NCBI GenBank assembly: GCA_002633005.1
Contig: NMRA01000223.1
Span: 280,237 to 344,236 of the forward strand
Origin: Phoronis australis
Lineage: Eukaryota; Animalia; Phoronida
DNA length: 64,000 nucleotides
Direction: 5' to 3'
Shown here: positions 50,801-62,375 of the stretch, piece after piece
Layout: each line of letters starts with the position of its first letter
Position numbering within the stretch: position 1 is the stretch's first letter
Program-made: the position numbers and the translations under genes
Notes under the pieces: model-generated
Databases searched by the model: none
Told to the model about the DNA's origin: nothing
What the model saw: only the letters and a program-made list of their open reading frames with translations

Positions 50801-53800
50801 AGACAAAGGCATAACTGCTAACACAGGTGGTAACAACAAAAATATCGGATTGTGTATTCTAAGATAAGTTAACTAAAGCCAAAGCATTAAGATAAACAGT
50901 CTAGTTTTGCATTCTACGTGTGACCAAAATACACAGATTGTGAATTCAATCAAAACTGACTGAATTGTATTTGACAAATCCACATTAAATACTGATAGCT
51001 AAAAGCGAGCAAAAACTTTTCATACTATTTTGAAAAATTTTCATTCATGGCAGCTGAAAAATGAGCAATTTTGGATTATTCAGTATCCGACAACAGGCAC
51101 AACCATGACCTGTTGTTACTGGCGACACCAGGAATGGCATTACCATCAGCAGTCACTGAAACTGCGTTATCATCCTTGGCTGGCACTTGAAACACTGGTA
51201 TTGAGTCTAGTAACTTGCAAAATGTATGATGCATCTGACTTGAAGGCAATTAATTAGTCGCGACCTCTGACCCAACACTTTAATTGGAATGTTACCAAAC
51301 TGAATAGTGAGTAAATCAATAGCTTCGACAACCCACCTTGTGATTGTCATCTCTAGCGCAGGCTATGTGCAGCGGAGTGTGACCTCCCAGCCTCGACTTT
51401 GTTAAGTCGTCAATAGAGTCCTTCATCCACTCGTCTTCCTACAAAACAACATTCACATGATCTAAACAACGTTCACATGATCTAAACAACATTCACATGA
51501 TCTAAACAACATTCACATGATCTAAACAACATTCACATGATCTAAACAACATTCACATGATCTAAACAACATTCACATGATCTAAACAACATTCACATGA
51601 TCTAAACAACATTCACATGATCTAAACAACATTCAGACATGTGATCTAAACAACATTCAGACATATGATCTAAACAACATTCATATGATCTAAACAACAT
51701 TCAGACATGTGATCTAAACAACATTCAGACATATGATCTAAACAACATTCATGTGATCTAAACAACATTCAGACATGTGATCTAAACAACATTCATGTGA
51801 TCTAAACAACATTCATGTGATCTAAACAACATTCATATGATCTAAACAACATTCATATGATCTAAACAACATTCATATGATCTAAACAACATTCATATGA
51901 TCTAAACAACATTCAGACATGTGATCTAAACAACATTCAGACATATGATCTAAACAACATTCATGTGATCTAAACAACATTCAGACATGTGATCTAAACA
52001 ACATTCATGTGATCTAAACAACATTCATGTGATCTAAACAACATTCATATGATCTAAACAACATTCATATGATCTAAACAACATTCATATGATCTAAACA
52101 ACATTCAGGCATATGATCTAAACAACATTCACGTGATCTAAACAACATTTATATGATCGCAACAACATTCACATGATCTCAGAGATGAGGAACCGAATAT
52201 GTAATTAGATTAGTTCAATGATGTAACTGGGCAGGCAATCATGTACAATATTTGAATATTTGCAAATTGCAAAAAAGTACCATTGATAAACTGTCCCGGT
52301 TGCCTCCTTTAATCGAAAACAGAACAGATTTAAAAATAGTATAAGCTAAACAAAGATCAGCAGTTGTCATTAGGTATTAATTATTAAAGCAGCATTAAAC
52401 CCACGCTTTCCGTCAAAGTAAATTTTTTTGATTTAGGACACTTACTTAGTTTACAATGGTCACCGCATGACCTAAAATTTTAAAGTTTTTATAAGGAATA
52501 ACGATCCGTCATTTATTCCCAAGCCTAGAGATCACTTCTAAACTGAGTAAAGGAACAAGATACGACCTAAAATGGCTCAAATCAAAACAAAACTTGATGT
52601 TGACAGAAAGCACGTTTTAAAGCTGTTTAAAGTATATTCAGAATGTTTTAAGACATCAGATAGTTGATACTGATATTTGATATTCAAGGCAGAGTGATGG
52701 CATTTATTACTTGATATCAAGTATCAGTTGTCACTCTTCACTTCTTTATTTAAAAAAGACTGACTGCTTGGATGAGTATCATCATTAAAATGAAATCTGA
52801 CAAAATAATGGTAAATTACACTGTTGTAGACACCTTCTGACAATGTCATTTGTCTTACATAACTGACAACCTTTGTTCATTTCATTTCAAAACCAGTATT
52901 CATTTCAAATATTATACAAGTTATATTTTTCAGGTACAAATAGCATTTCTTTGAAACGTGTCAGAGTATTGCCATAGTGATGACCTGTTCCAGCAGGAGA
53001 CGTCCCTCTTGCTGGAACAGTATTACGAAGACAACCGAGTGCTCAACTCACAAGACATCTCATCGACTACGCATTCTTACTCTGAGAAAAATAACTACAA
53101 CTTTACACAGAGGTCTTCCATATGAATAAAACATATAGCATGCTGGTATTGGCCTCCATTACAATGGGCAGATTGCCATAACTACCCACAGTCCCTCAGT
53201 CACATCCTGCTACGACATGACTCACCAGGGTCTTATTCAAGAATGACTCATCCTCAGTGGCCTGCACATCAGGGTGCGCCAGGGCATCCAGGAGCAGCTC
53301 CGTGATCTGAACTCCCTCCTCCCCAGGAATTCCCACAGCTATGTGCAGGGCTGCCAAACCTCCTCTCTGTAAACAAACACAAATTTCGAAGATGAACTTG
53401 AATTAAGTTTAGCAGTTTATCGAGTGTAGATCTGTGGAAGGTACTTTATACAGTCACATAAAATTATATCAATTTGTTCAAGTTATTGATGTCAAAAAGT
53501 CTTTACTGATGACTAACATATAATTTTTATAAGGAATGTGATTCACTTACCAAATATATGCGCATCTAACGTTTAATGTCCCTGAGAAGAGATGAGTGCA
53601 GATAAATGTGAATCAACCCCTTATAGTCCAGTAATAAATTCACAATCAGAAGTAAAATCCATTTGTCCCGCATAACTTTTCTGATATCCCATATAAAACT
53701 AGTAAAAAAACAATTTGAATTTGTTCGCTGGTCAACGAGATGGCAAAAAACAGGCAAGTTTACTTACATCTGCGGGTAGGGCAGCATTGGCCGATGCACC

Positions 53801-56800
53801 TTTAAGAAGTAAGAGCGCGACAGCTTCGACGTCTGCTGCTTTAATGGCAAAGAACAGACAGGGCATGGGAACTGTAGAGGCATCAGGGTTGGCACCTCTC
53901 TGGAGCAGCAGGCGGATAGTGCCCTGCATCAGCAAGTGGCTGGAAATAACAATTAATAATTTGAACTACTAAACGGTAATTCTCCATGAACTTATTTCAC
54001 ACAAAAACAATATTATTGCCAAAACTGTCATTTTTGCTTCTGCAAATCATGGAAAGTTTACAAAAAGTTTTTTTTATGTCATCTGCACCGTACACACTAT
54101 GCTAATAATAGACTAGCATTTTTCATAATCTTTGCTTTTTGGGAGGAATTCTACAAAATCCCAATTTTAATGGTCTGCCATATTCTGTGCTAAATAATTG
54201 AAGATTCACCATGACAACAAAATATCAAACATCATTTGGTAAACGCAACACTATTAAGCCAACTACAGTCACTCGGACAACATCCACAGTGCTCTTATTG
54301 ACAGCTTTTATATATCAAAGCTTTGATGGAAATATACCAATATAAAACAAATGGTATGACGCAAAGCATTTTAGACTGGGATAGATGCTGTATCAGATAA
54401 TGGCAGAAAAATCTACCACATCATCTTAAGGCAAAGAAAATCATGGATTTGCCAACACTGATTGAACAGCCTTTGCTGTTTACTTTTGGGTCATTCTCGA
54501 AGTAAGAAAATCCACAAAGTTATTCGGGCAATCTTATTAAGAGATACTGCGTCATAGGAATACTGAGCTGAATGAAGTGTCCCAGGGCCCTCGCTAACTT
54601 GATGAGGAAGGTACCTGTGTCTTCAGATGGGGAACTTTTTTGAAAGAGGGAAAATAATATCCCGCCCCCAGTTGCCGCCAGATCCTCCCCTGGTTGGCCT
54701 GTGCTTAACATAGCCTAAACTAATACTATTTTCAATGGGATCCCTTATACACATATAAACCATGTGGAACTGGACCAGCCTATGCAATAGTAGTGTCAAT
54801 TAGCCTACCAAGAAATCCCACCAGTCATTTTCTTTCCTAAATACACTTGTAATAAAACTAAAATAAACTAATCCATGGTAAAGCTGGATTACCAAGTATG
54901 CACTAATTGCAGTCAATAAAAACTTCAGATGGCAACACTCTGCATAAGTTGAAAGTGATTCTAATCTCGGGAAGAATGACGAGGGGAAGTTTTTGGGGAT
55001 TTTAAATGTTTTTCATGGGGAATTATGGCTAATTCTCGTCCTCCAAAATCAAAGCATCGAGGGCTTTGATCGGTCTCGACTTCAGAGCACGAAATGTAGA
55101 ACTAACATCCCAGTGACCCTCATGCAAAACAATCTGCAGCACTGATGAGACTATTCTCCTTAGAAATCTTTGAAAAACAGCTTAAGATTAAGATTAGGAA
55201 AACTCACTCTGCTATTTTCAGGGCACGTGCCCTGGCTTCATCCACATCACTGAGTGTGTCACAGCTTCGCACCATTCGGGTGACAAACTTGTTGAAACTG
55301 AGCTGCGTGGCACACCGGTCGATCAAATTTTCCGTCACCTCAATCTGATAACTCATGATGCTCGCATTCGACTGAAACTCAAGTTCGTTCTGGACTTCAT
55401 TCTCGTTGTCGAACTCCAAATTCGGATTTGTTTCGTCGTTCATGTTGGATGCAGCAATGCTCAACCCGTCACTCAACAGCAAAGAGTCCTTATCAACACC
55501 AGGGGTCGTCAGCGACTGATGCTGAGTCTCTGTCTCCGTTAAAGCATCACCGTCCGGTTTCTCTTCACTTACTTCCTTCTCCATCTCAGAGAACTCCGTA
55601 ATCTCGGTAACAGTATCATCATCCTTCACTGACCCTATCTCAGTGCTGGTGAGCTGATTGTCCTTGGCGTTATTACTCTGAACATCACCATCCTCATTAT
55701 CTCCATTTTCCTCATCATCTCCTCCCTCATTACCACCTTCAGGTTTACTCTCATCATCAAATGCTTCCACAGTCTCAACAGGGGTAAGATCCTGAGTGCG
55801 AAACCCACTGTCTATGCTCTTACCGGAAGATTTTAGTTCCTCTCCACTGTCTTTGGCAAATTTTGTCGACGCACCGGTCACTTTTCTTTTCGAGTTATTC
55901 GAAGCTACAGAACTCTTGAAAACTACTGGCTGCTCGGCAATGTTGTACTTGAATGAATCAATAGGATAGAAGAAAACATGACAAGCTGCTAGGCAGGAGA
56001 TCCCCTCATCATTCAGCAGGTTCACATTGGCTCCATTGTCCAGAAGGTAGTTCATAATTTTCTGATGCCACGTCACCTGAAACAAATATTTGGTAAATTT
56101 TTTACATGAATTTTTAGCATTTAGAGCACTAAGGAAATTCAGTTTCATACTGTCAAACTGCGCATAATTAATACTCAACTCCAGTCACATAATCAACCAC
56201 AGGAGGCCTTAACAGTTTATGCCTATCTTGACTTTGGATGAGGTAGTCACTAGTTCTAAATTTTCAATGTGCAGAAGTAGAAGTTACATGATGACGGAAC
56301 AATATCTCCATCTAGCATTTCGGCAGAATTCTCGCCATTCTGCCACTACTTTTCACGAATCGATTTACTCAGAGTGCAAATTCTAGCCACCAAGTTTTGA
56401 GTGCTTCTAAATGCCAGAAATCCTCCCTACCTTCTTGACAACAGGCAGACACCAATTTTATAGTCACACAGTAAATTGTCTAATAGAAAACATGGTGCAC
56501 TGAAAATGGCTGAAAACAGGACAGTGCTAAACACATCCTTATTCAAACGTTTCCAAATTCTTTATGGGTATTAAAATCATCAAGAGAAGAACAATTACTA
56601 ATAACTGGGCCATTATGGGCACAATTGACCAATCGCAAGCTACACCCCTCTGCGAAAAGTCGACAAAAACAAAAGTTTTACCCGACAAGGTGTTCTTTGT
56701 CTGGTAAAATGGTGGCTTGGAAACGAAGATGTGTCAAAAATGCTGCGTTCTGATTGGTCAGTTAAGCTGCCACTCAAAATCTTGGCGATATGTCACTTAG

Positions 56801-59800
56801 CCAAGTCACCTTATTATGCTGAGTCCAAGTAGTGTTATCACTTACAATCAACTCAGTTCCCTAGTCACCATACGAGAGATGATGGTCATAAAAGCATGTA
56901 TTACACATTGAGGTTAGGGCTGTTCAAGTCCTCACCAGTACGGATCATGGAGTCAGGAATGTAGCACTTTATAAAAAGGTTTAACCCCAGAGCAATTGAT
57001 AGTAAATGTTGTAGAAGACAGAATACAGAATAGATAAGGTGCACCTAAAATAGACCAGACAATAAATATTCAGTATTAATTAAATGGAGGCAAAATATGG
57101 ACATACCGAGGCAGCTAATAAGGCCGAGTGCCCGTGTTTATCTGACACATCAGGATGGACCAATTCACTGTCTATTAGCTGTTGTACTTTGTCATAGTTG
57201 CCTGAGGATGCTGCATCAAGTAGATCAAGGGAAGCCAGCTCTATCCGCCCGTGCTCACCGAAGCCCGTGCGGTCACCTGCCAACACTGCCCTGACATCAA
57301 ACGACACCGATTTCTCCCGGTGCTTATGTCTGTACACGTGTTTATGCATTTCAATAACAGAGGGCATTGTGTTCAATGACTCCAAAACTGCACCATCCGA
57401 GTCTTCTGCTTTATTCTGTTTTCTGTCTTTGAAGAAGGCATCGTCAAATGACTTCTTGTTGATTGCCAAACTGTCAGGCCTGAGGGAATCATTGTAAATT
57501 ACGGAATTGTTTAAGCTATTGCTGTCACACTTTGCAAAGTCAAAGCATTCTGGGACATTGAGTAAATCCTTGAAAGTGTCTGCCGTTTCATTATCATCCC
57601 TCAAATCTATTCTTGCCATGTGATTTTTGGGATTATATTGGAACTCGGGGTGATCTTTCATGGAGAAGGCCTTGTCCACTTCCAGACAGAGCTTAACCAG
57701 GTTTTCTCGCCGCCATATTCCCACATCCTGGGTCTTATCAGGGTATGTCATCACACCAGGGCCCTCACGCTCATCCATCTTGTACAGACCCTACAGAGCA
57801 CATATTAAGTCATTGAAACAAGACAAAAACAATGCTATGGTTAATATACATGCATCTGGATCTTAGAATTGATAACTAACAGTTTAAACTTGGCAAAATA
57901 TCTCTCTTACTGGAAATTGCAGAAATTCCCAAACAAAAATATCCTGTTAATTTTCAAATGATCAGTGTTACTTTGCATCCCATTTTCTTCTCTTTTTGCT
58001 TAAATTTGACAAAAGCACACCAATTCTACAAAAATTGTAATTTTTAACTAATTTTGTCACACACAATCTGATTAATGCAAGTTGAAAATCAAAACCCAAG
58101 CGGTATGACATGGCCGAATGAGAATGATAAAATTGAAAATGATGAAACAACTTTTAAATTCTAGTTACCTTTCCATTGATGAAACTCATTTGACACGGAA
58201 ATAGATATCAAACTATCTTTAGGACAAGCAACATGATTTCAACACCAGGGGTTTATAACATTTAAACATAATTTGATGACCCAACCAACTTCATTGGCCT
58301 TCTGACTTCATTTTATAAAATGACAGGTTCTTTAACCAACTCAGCACCATCGTACATGGCAAGCTGCCTATGCACAAGCTCACAATTTACCTCAAAAACA
58401 GAACCATCTGGGAATGAAAATTTCCCATAACCCTCTTTCTTATCCATGTAGAACGTCCCGCAGAATGATGACCCATCAGGCCACTTGTATGTGCCGAGTC
58501 CATGGCGGCGATCTTTGAAGAATTCACCTTCGTAAGACTGAAACAAAAAACAGCGTGTTAAATAATTGTTGAATAATATGTAGACAGGTCGAGCCACCCT
58601 CTTTAACGGAGATAGACATCACGTTTTTTAAGAAAAATGCTGAATGCCTTTTCGTCACAAATTAATGAAATTTTAGGCAAAACCAAGGCAAAACAGGTTC
58701 AAGGTAACATAACCAATGATCAAATTTTAATAACATTTTAACGTTTAGTAATAGACCCATACAAATGAATACTTTAGAATTCTTGATGATCATAGAATCT
58801 TGCTATGAGCATGAAAGCGATGCCCAGAAGATTTGTTATTACATGACTGTTTCATCTTGCACAAACATGAATGAAATTTTTGGGCAAAACTCACATTGTT
58901 TCATTCTATTAGCAACAAAAGTGGAACTGCCAGAGAGCTCATATGTCAAAAATCCCAGACAGTCACATTTTTGTAGCTAATAGAGCGAAAATTTACATTT
59001 TTATTAGAAAAATGTAGTGACATGATTATGAACATCTGAACATAATATTTGTGCATATCAAAGACATTTTATGGATCTACAAATAACACTTTTAGATAAT
59101 ACTTAAACAGTTCTTTAATTGGTATATGACTGTGTCCAGAATGAAATATGATGAGTCACAAAAATATCTATTGCTCAGAGGTTAAAACCCTATCTCTGAT
59201 CGTCGTTTAGTAGCCATTTCAGTGCTCCTCTGATGCATCTACTACCACCAATTGTGTGCTATGCCTAAAAGCAGGAACATGTTAATTTGTAGCACTGACG
59301 CAATTTTTATGCGACTGTTGCTTTGTCTCCAAGCATGTCAGCATTTCATGAGCTTATTACAGGTACACCTAGTGGTGAACTTACGAATGAGTGAATCTGC
59401 GTGTACGGATGCTTTAATTTTTTTGTTAGCTTTCTGTTAACAAGGCACTGTGGTCAATCATCCCGCTACCATAAAATGAACGGCATTAAGGTTATGTAGA
59501 CCATTATCGACACGTCTGCTCAATTATCAAAATATCCATAAAACTATAGAATTCTTAACTCGGCAAAAGTATATTTTCTGAGAGTAGAAATTTCATAGGA
59601 TTTGATTTTTGACTATATACCAATCTGTCATTAATTAGGTCACATGGCTACGCTTCTTAGAAAAATTAATAAAAAGATACAGTCATAGCAAAACACTAGC
59701 CTAAGGATACATGCATCTTTTAATTATTTTCATCAAAATCGTATAAATCCTATTTTTATAGCCCCCTATGCAAAAGTAAAACATTTCAAAAACAGTTCGT

Positions 59801-62375
59801 AATTATGCATTTTGCAGATAGGTACATAAATCATTGTTTCTCTAACGAAAGTTTCACGCAAATACGAACAGCCACTTCTGAGATATATTATAAATTTGAC
59901 CAAAACTGGACATATTTCTAGGGATCTACATAACCTCAAAGGCGATTGTTGAAAGCTGAGTTTTCCACTGTTGCCTCTACTGTGAAGTACAACAACGTTG
60001 TTTTGTGCGAATGAGCAACTTGAAAAAAATGTGAATCGGTGCAAAAGTAAAATAAAAGCAACTGCTCTACAAATAAAAACATAACCTGGTACCAAGTTCT
60101 CTTCCTAAAAAATTTAAAGCAGGAAGAATTTCGAAGAATTACAACAGTACATTTGGTCAACTGTCACAGGAGGTTCGATGCCAGGAAAACCTTAATTATT
60201 TTAAACAAATTGTGGCACAAGAACGTTTACCATAGGCAGCCGTATGCAACAACCTGGGGACTGGTGTCTAGACCTTGCCCAATGTCCCCATCTCCAAAAA
60301 GAGATACTAAGAGCTGGTATGCCGTTTGGGAGACTTATGTCATCAGCTAGCTACATGTCATCCTGGCTCCATTTTGTAAATAAATGTTGTGATTTCCTCG
60401 CTGCCATGACATTCTTTATAGCTTTATCTAGTAACACTTAAAAATGTATAGTCTTTATAATTAATTATTAATTGACTAGTTCATCATCTGCTATCTAATA
60501 TAGATTTATCATAATATTTCAGACAACGCTCATGTCGAGCTCAGTGGATTCACTGAAGTCGATACATAATTATATTCTACAAGACGTGATTTCCTCCACT
60601 CAGTCATTCATACGAAATTGAAGCAGCTGAAACACACCTCTTCATTAGACCATGTTTGTATTCCAGGGCCATGTCGCATGTCATTGTGGAAATCTCCATG
60701 GTAACAGCTTCCGTCTTCCCCCGTGGCAACGCCTAAGACAAACATAAAACAAAAGAGCTCACACATACACTATACAGTATGACTTATTTTTACACGAAGA
60801 GACTCTAGCAACAGCAGTCCAACACAATGTTATTAAGAGTAGTGTAACAATTCCTGACCAATAAAAGACATAACAACTAGTTTCCCAGGGTTTGGGCAGA
60901 CGCAATTTAAAATGGAGTATATAGCAGAATGTCCGTGAAATTTTAAGCGTCAACAGTTCATCTTTTTTAATTTTGGACCACGTTCTTGAATTTGAATTAA
61001 ATGTGATTGTTGAGAAGTTTTGGTCATTATGAATACAAATTAATGGTGGTCTAAAATTTCAGAAATACATTCCCCGGGAAAAAATAAAAAATGCTGTTAA
61101 TTCTTAAATCAGAAATTGTGAACTTTTCTGACAAACCTCAAAGCTTTAAATTGAAAAGACAATTGAATCCAAGTATAAGTAATTGTGACCCTGTTTCAGC
61201 AGTTTTCTCACCGTGTCATGAAACAGCCACTGTTCATATTTGTAAAAGATTATTTTAAAAATTCTTATTTTTAAATGATTTTAATTAAAAATCATGTAAA
61301 TATGTAGACGCTGATGTTGGCCAATAGTGAACAAATAAACACAAAAAAATCAGGAATTCCAACCAGGAATCTAACCACAGGTCTCTAGATTGCCAGTCTA
61401 GTGCTCTTACACTGAGCAACTGAGGAACTCGATAGGTGTGCCAATTACTACTTGCAGCCAACTGTATGTCTTCCATTCCATGAGTGCATTTTGCCTTTTT
61501 CACATAAAATTTGGACAATTATATAATCATCAATTTACCAGTATGTGTTAATTTGTGTCTTAATCAAGAAACCCATGGTTCGATTCCCAGTTGTTCCTGA
61601 TTTTGCTGTGTTTATTTACTTATTGGAATAGAAAATAATTACTTATTTAATAGAGACAGACTATTCAGGTTAGATGCAGATGTTTCAGCCTGGTTGCATG
61701 GTGAGTATGCGTCTAACCTGAATAGTCTGCATCTAACATGAATAGTCTCCAACTAAGTGATTATTTCCTATTCCAATGCCTTACAATGCCAGTAGAGTCA
61801 AATGATCAACTAATTCTCCAGTATTTGTTTAAAAATCATGTGACTGCATTATTTTACAAAAGTTAACATGAAAATGAAAATTTTTTAGTGACTGTGATGC
61901 GATCCATATAAATTCAAACTTTACCTAAGACATCAAAAAATTAAATGTGCAACAGACACAGATGGTAAGTACAGTAAACTTTGTTCTGACTTCTTACACT
62001 CACCAATTTCCAATTTTTCAATTTCACTTCAATTAATATCATGCGCGCAATTTTCTCCATAAGCCCCCACATCTTAATCAAAATTCTAGGAGTTTGCACC
62101 ATATAATCTTCCACAAAGCATGTCTACGGAAAAACAATCAAACAGTTTAGCACAAAGAGCTCAATAGACGCACCTTTGCCCTGCCTCATGTTGTTGATGA
62201 ATCCTCCGTCGTACGTAGCACCTGAAGGCCAGGTGAACTTGCCACTACCATACTTCTTGTTATCCATCACTTGACCAACATACTTGGCTCCACTCTTGTA
62301 CTCAATGTTGCTGTCGTTATAGATGTCTACTGACGTAGCCGAGGCCAGTCTTGGTAATGAGCCTCGAAAACTCAT
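35573..62375 (-). CDS. ANKMY1: Ankyrin repeat and MYND domain-containing protein 1-like (MORN repeats + ankyrin repeats + MYND zinc finger), multi-exon gene, ~1189 aa
   Basis: Phase-consistent GT-AG exons: 62375-62174, 60732-60638, 58537-58391, 57790-57107, 56076-55208, 53939-53768, 53366-53226, 51438-51337, 50160-50053 (dup 48768-48661), 49730-49599 (dup 48338-48207), 47508-47401, 46127-45962, 45052-44923, 41328-41174, 37005-36878, 35803-35573. They total 3570 nt with the duplicated pair counted once. Motifs include MORN (YxGxFxxDxRHGxG), ankyrin (GHSALLAA, GHTPLHIA, LLxxGAxPN) and MYND ([41 protein letters not shown]). This domain order is that of ANKMY1. Confidence 0.92.
36878..37005 (-). 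CDS. ANKMY1: ANKMY1 penultimate exon
   Basis: (A)KSRSPSPSQRGRVDSPTPATNPDGPITTVKKLTGDVNKLRIK. Bounded by ttatag and gtgaga, phase 1-0. Confidence 0.8.
41174..41328 (-). CDS. ANKMY1: ANKMY1 MYND zinc-finger exon
   Basis: [51 protein letters not shown], phase 2-1. Confidence 0.92.
44923..45052 (-). CDS. ANKMY1: ANKMY1 exon
   Basis: (S)VSPSQDFTYTGAGAVPPSGIIKKGAKPGDSKVCFKDGDEPQK(R). Phase 1-2 joins both neighbours in frame. Confidence 0.8.
45395..45712. mobile_element. TTAA-flanked MITE (Kolobok-like)
   Basis: TTAA|agtcg...cgact|TTAA. The TIR is short. Confidence 0.4.
45962..46127 (-). CDS. ANKMY1: ANKMY1 exon
   Basis: DRRIAHMPYHALTPAERDTYNARRKLLGHLGDLLRVKAVERERQRLAEEEREGRR. Bounded by tgtag and gtaagg, phase 0-1. 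Confidence 0.88.
46534..46637. repeat. Perfect 52-bp tandem duplication
   Basis: aggcaggggactagaaagttccagggggtccagagtagacgactgctcagcc occurs twice. Confidence 0.92.
47401..47508 (-). CDS. ANKMY1: ANKMY1 exon
   Basis: IDKLMKAGANILAPILIGPKRVQGTAVDFAYYMFNM. Bounded by ttacag and gtatgt. Confidence 0.88.
48207..48338 (-). CDS. ANKMY1: ANKMY1 ankyrin exon (copy 2)
   Basis: Identical to 49599-49730. Confidence 0.8.
48661..48768 (-). CDS. ANKMY1: ANKMY1 ankyrin exon (copy 2, probably an allelic duplicate)
   Basis: Identical to 50053-50160, offset 1392 nt. Confidence 0.7.
49599..49730 (-). CDS. ANKMY1: ANKMY1 ankyrin exon (copy 1 of duplicated block)
   Basis: [44 protein letters not shown], phase 0-0. 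Confidence 0.75.
50053..50160 (-). CDS. ANKMY1: ANKMY1 ankyrin exon (copy 1 of duplicated block)
   Basis: FACQVVHLLLDHHGNPNLLCNGHSPLSLAITSGNDL, phase 0-0. Confidence 0.8.
51337..51438 (-). CDS. ANKMY1: ANKMY1 ankyrin exon
   Basis: EDEWMKDSIDDLTKSRLGGHTPLHIACARDDNHK. Bounded by ttgtag and gtgggt. Confidence 0.87.
51444..52180. repeat. Minisatellite, ~35 copies of 20-bp (AAACAACATTCAYRTGATCT) and 24-bp variant units
   Basis: Directly visible tandem array abutting the ANKMY1 acceptor at 51439-51440. Confidence 0.97.
52388..52626. mobile_element. TTAA-flanked MITE (Kolobok-like)
   Basis: Imperfect ~28-bp TIR agcagcattaaacccacgctttccgtcaa / acagctttaaaacgtgctttctgtcaa, with TTAA on both sides. 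Confidence 0.6.
53226..53366 (-). CDS. ANKMY1: ANKMY1 ankyrin exon
   Basis: RGGLAALHIAVGIPGEEGVQITELLLDALAHPDVQATEDESFLNKTL. Bounded by ttacag and gtgagt. Confidence 0.88.
53768..53939 (-). CDS. ANKMY1: ANKMY1 ankyrin exon
   Basis: HLLMQGTIRLLLQRGANPDASTVPMPCLFFAIKAADVEAVALLLLKGASANAALPAD. Bounded by ttccag and gtaagt. Confidence 0.88.
55208..56076 (-). CDS. ANKMY1: ANKMY1 exon (ankyrin + long acidic disordered insert)
   Basis: VTWHQKIMNYLLDNGANVNLLNDEGISCLAAC followed by a D/E-rich region. Bounded by tttcag and gtgagt. Confidence 0.9.
57107..57790 (-). CDS. ANKMY1: ANKMY1 exon (last MORN, linker, first ankyrin)
   Basis: GLYKMDEREGPGVMTYPDKTQDVGIW...HPDVSDKHGHSALLAAS, 684 nt, phase 0-0. 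Confidence 0.9.
58391..58537 (-). CDS. ANKMY1: ANKMY1 MORN exon
   Basis: SYEGEFFKDRRHGLGTYKWPDGSSFCGTFYMDKKEGYGKFSFPDGSVFE, phase 0-0. Confidence 0.9.
59490..59935. mobile_element. TTAA-flanked non-coding Kolobok-like element, 446 bp
   Basis: TIR ggttatgtaga on both ends, flanks TTAA / TCAA. Confidence 0.62.
60638..60732 (-). CDS. ANKMY1: ANKMY1 MORN exon
   Basis: (G)VATGEDGSCYHGDFHNDMRHGPGIQTWSNEE. Bounded by tcttag and gtgtgt, phase 1-0. Not in the ORF track. Confidence 0.85.
61359..61422 (-). mobile_element. tRNA-derived SINE head
   Basis: gttgctcagtgtaagagca-ctaga-ctggcaa-tctag-..ggttagattcc has A and B boxes and an anticodon-like arm, but the T-loop is mutated and there is no acceptor stem. 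Similar B-box fragments occur at ~43815, ~61575 and ~63285. Confidence 0.5.
61623..61776. repeat. Fold-back (palindromic) MITE-like element
   Basis: Outer arms ttggaatagaaaataattactta / taagtgattatttcctattccaa and inner arms agactattcaggttagatgca / tgcgtctaacctgaatagtct. Confidence 0.6.
62174..62375 (-). CDS. ANKMY1: ANKMY1 first visible coding exon (MORN repeats)
   Basis: MSFRGSLPRL...YVGQVMDNKKYGSGKFTWPSGATYDGGFINNMRQGKG. The acceptor tttcag lies 1 nt before the ATG and the donor is AAG|gtgcg. Confidence 0.85.

Noticed and set aside
51444-52180. CRISPR-like array
   Set aside because: Units are contiguous with no unique spacers, there are no cas genes, and it lies in a eukaryotic intron. 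It is a minisatellite.
61359-61422. tRNA gene (also ~43815, ~61575, ~63285)
   Set aside because: The T-loop is mutated, there is no acceptor stem, and the other sites are only B-box fragments. Consistent with SINE heads.
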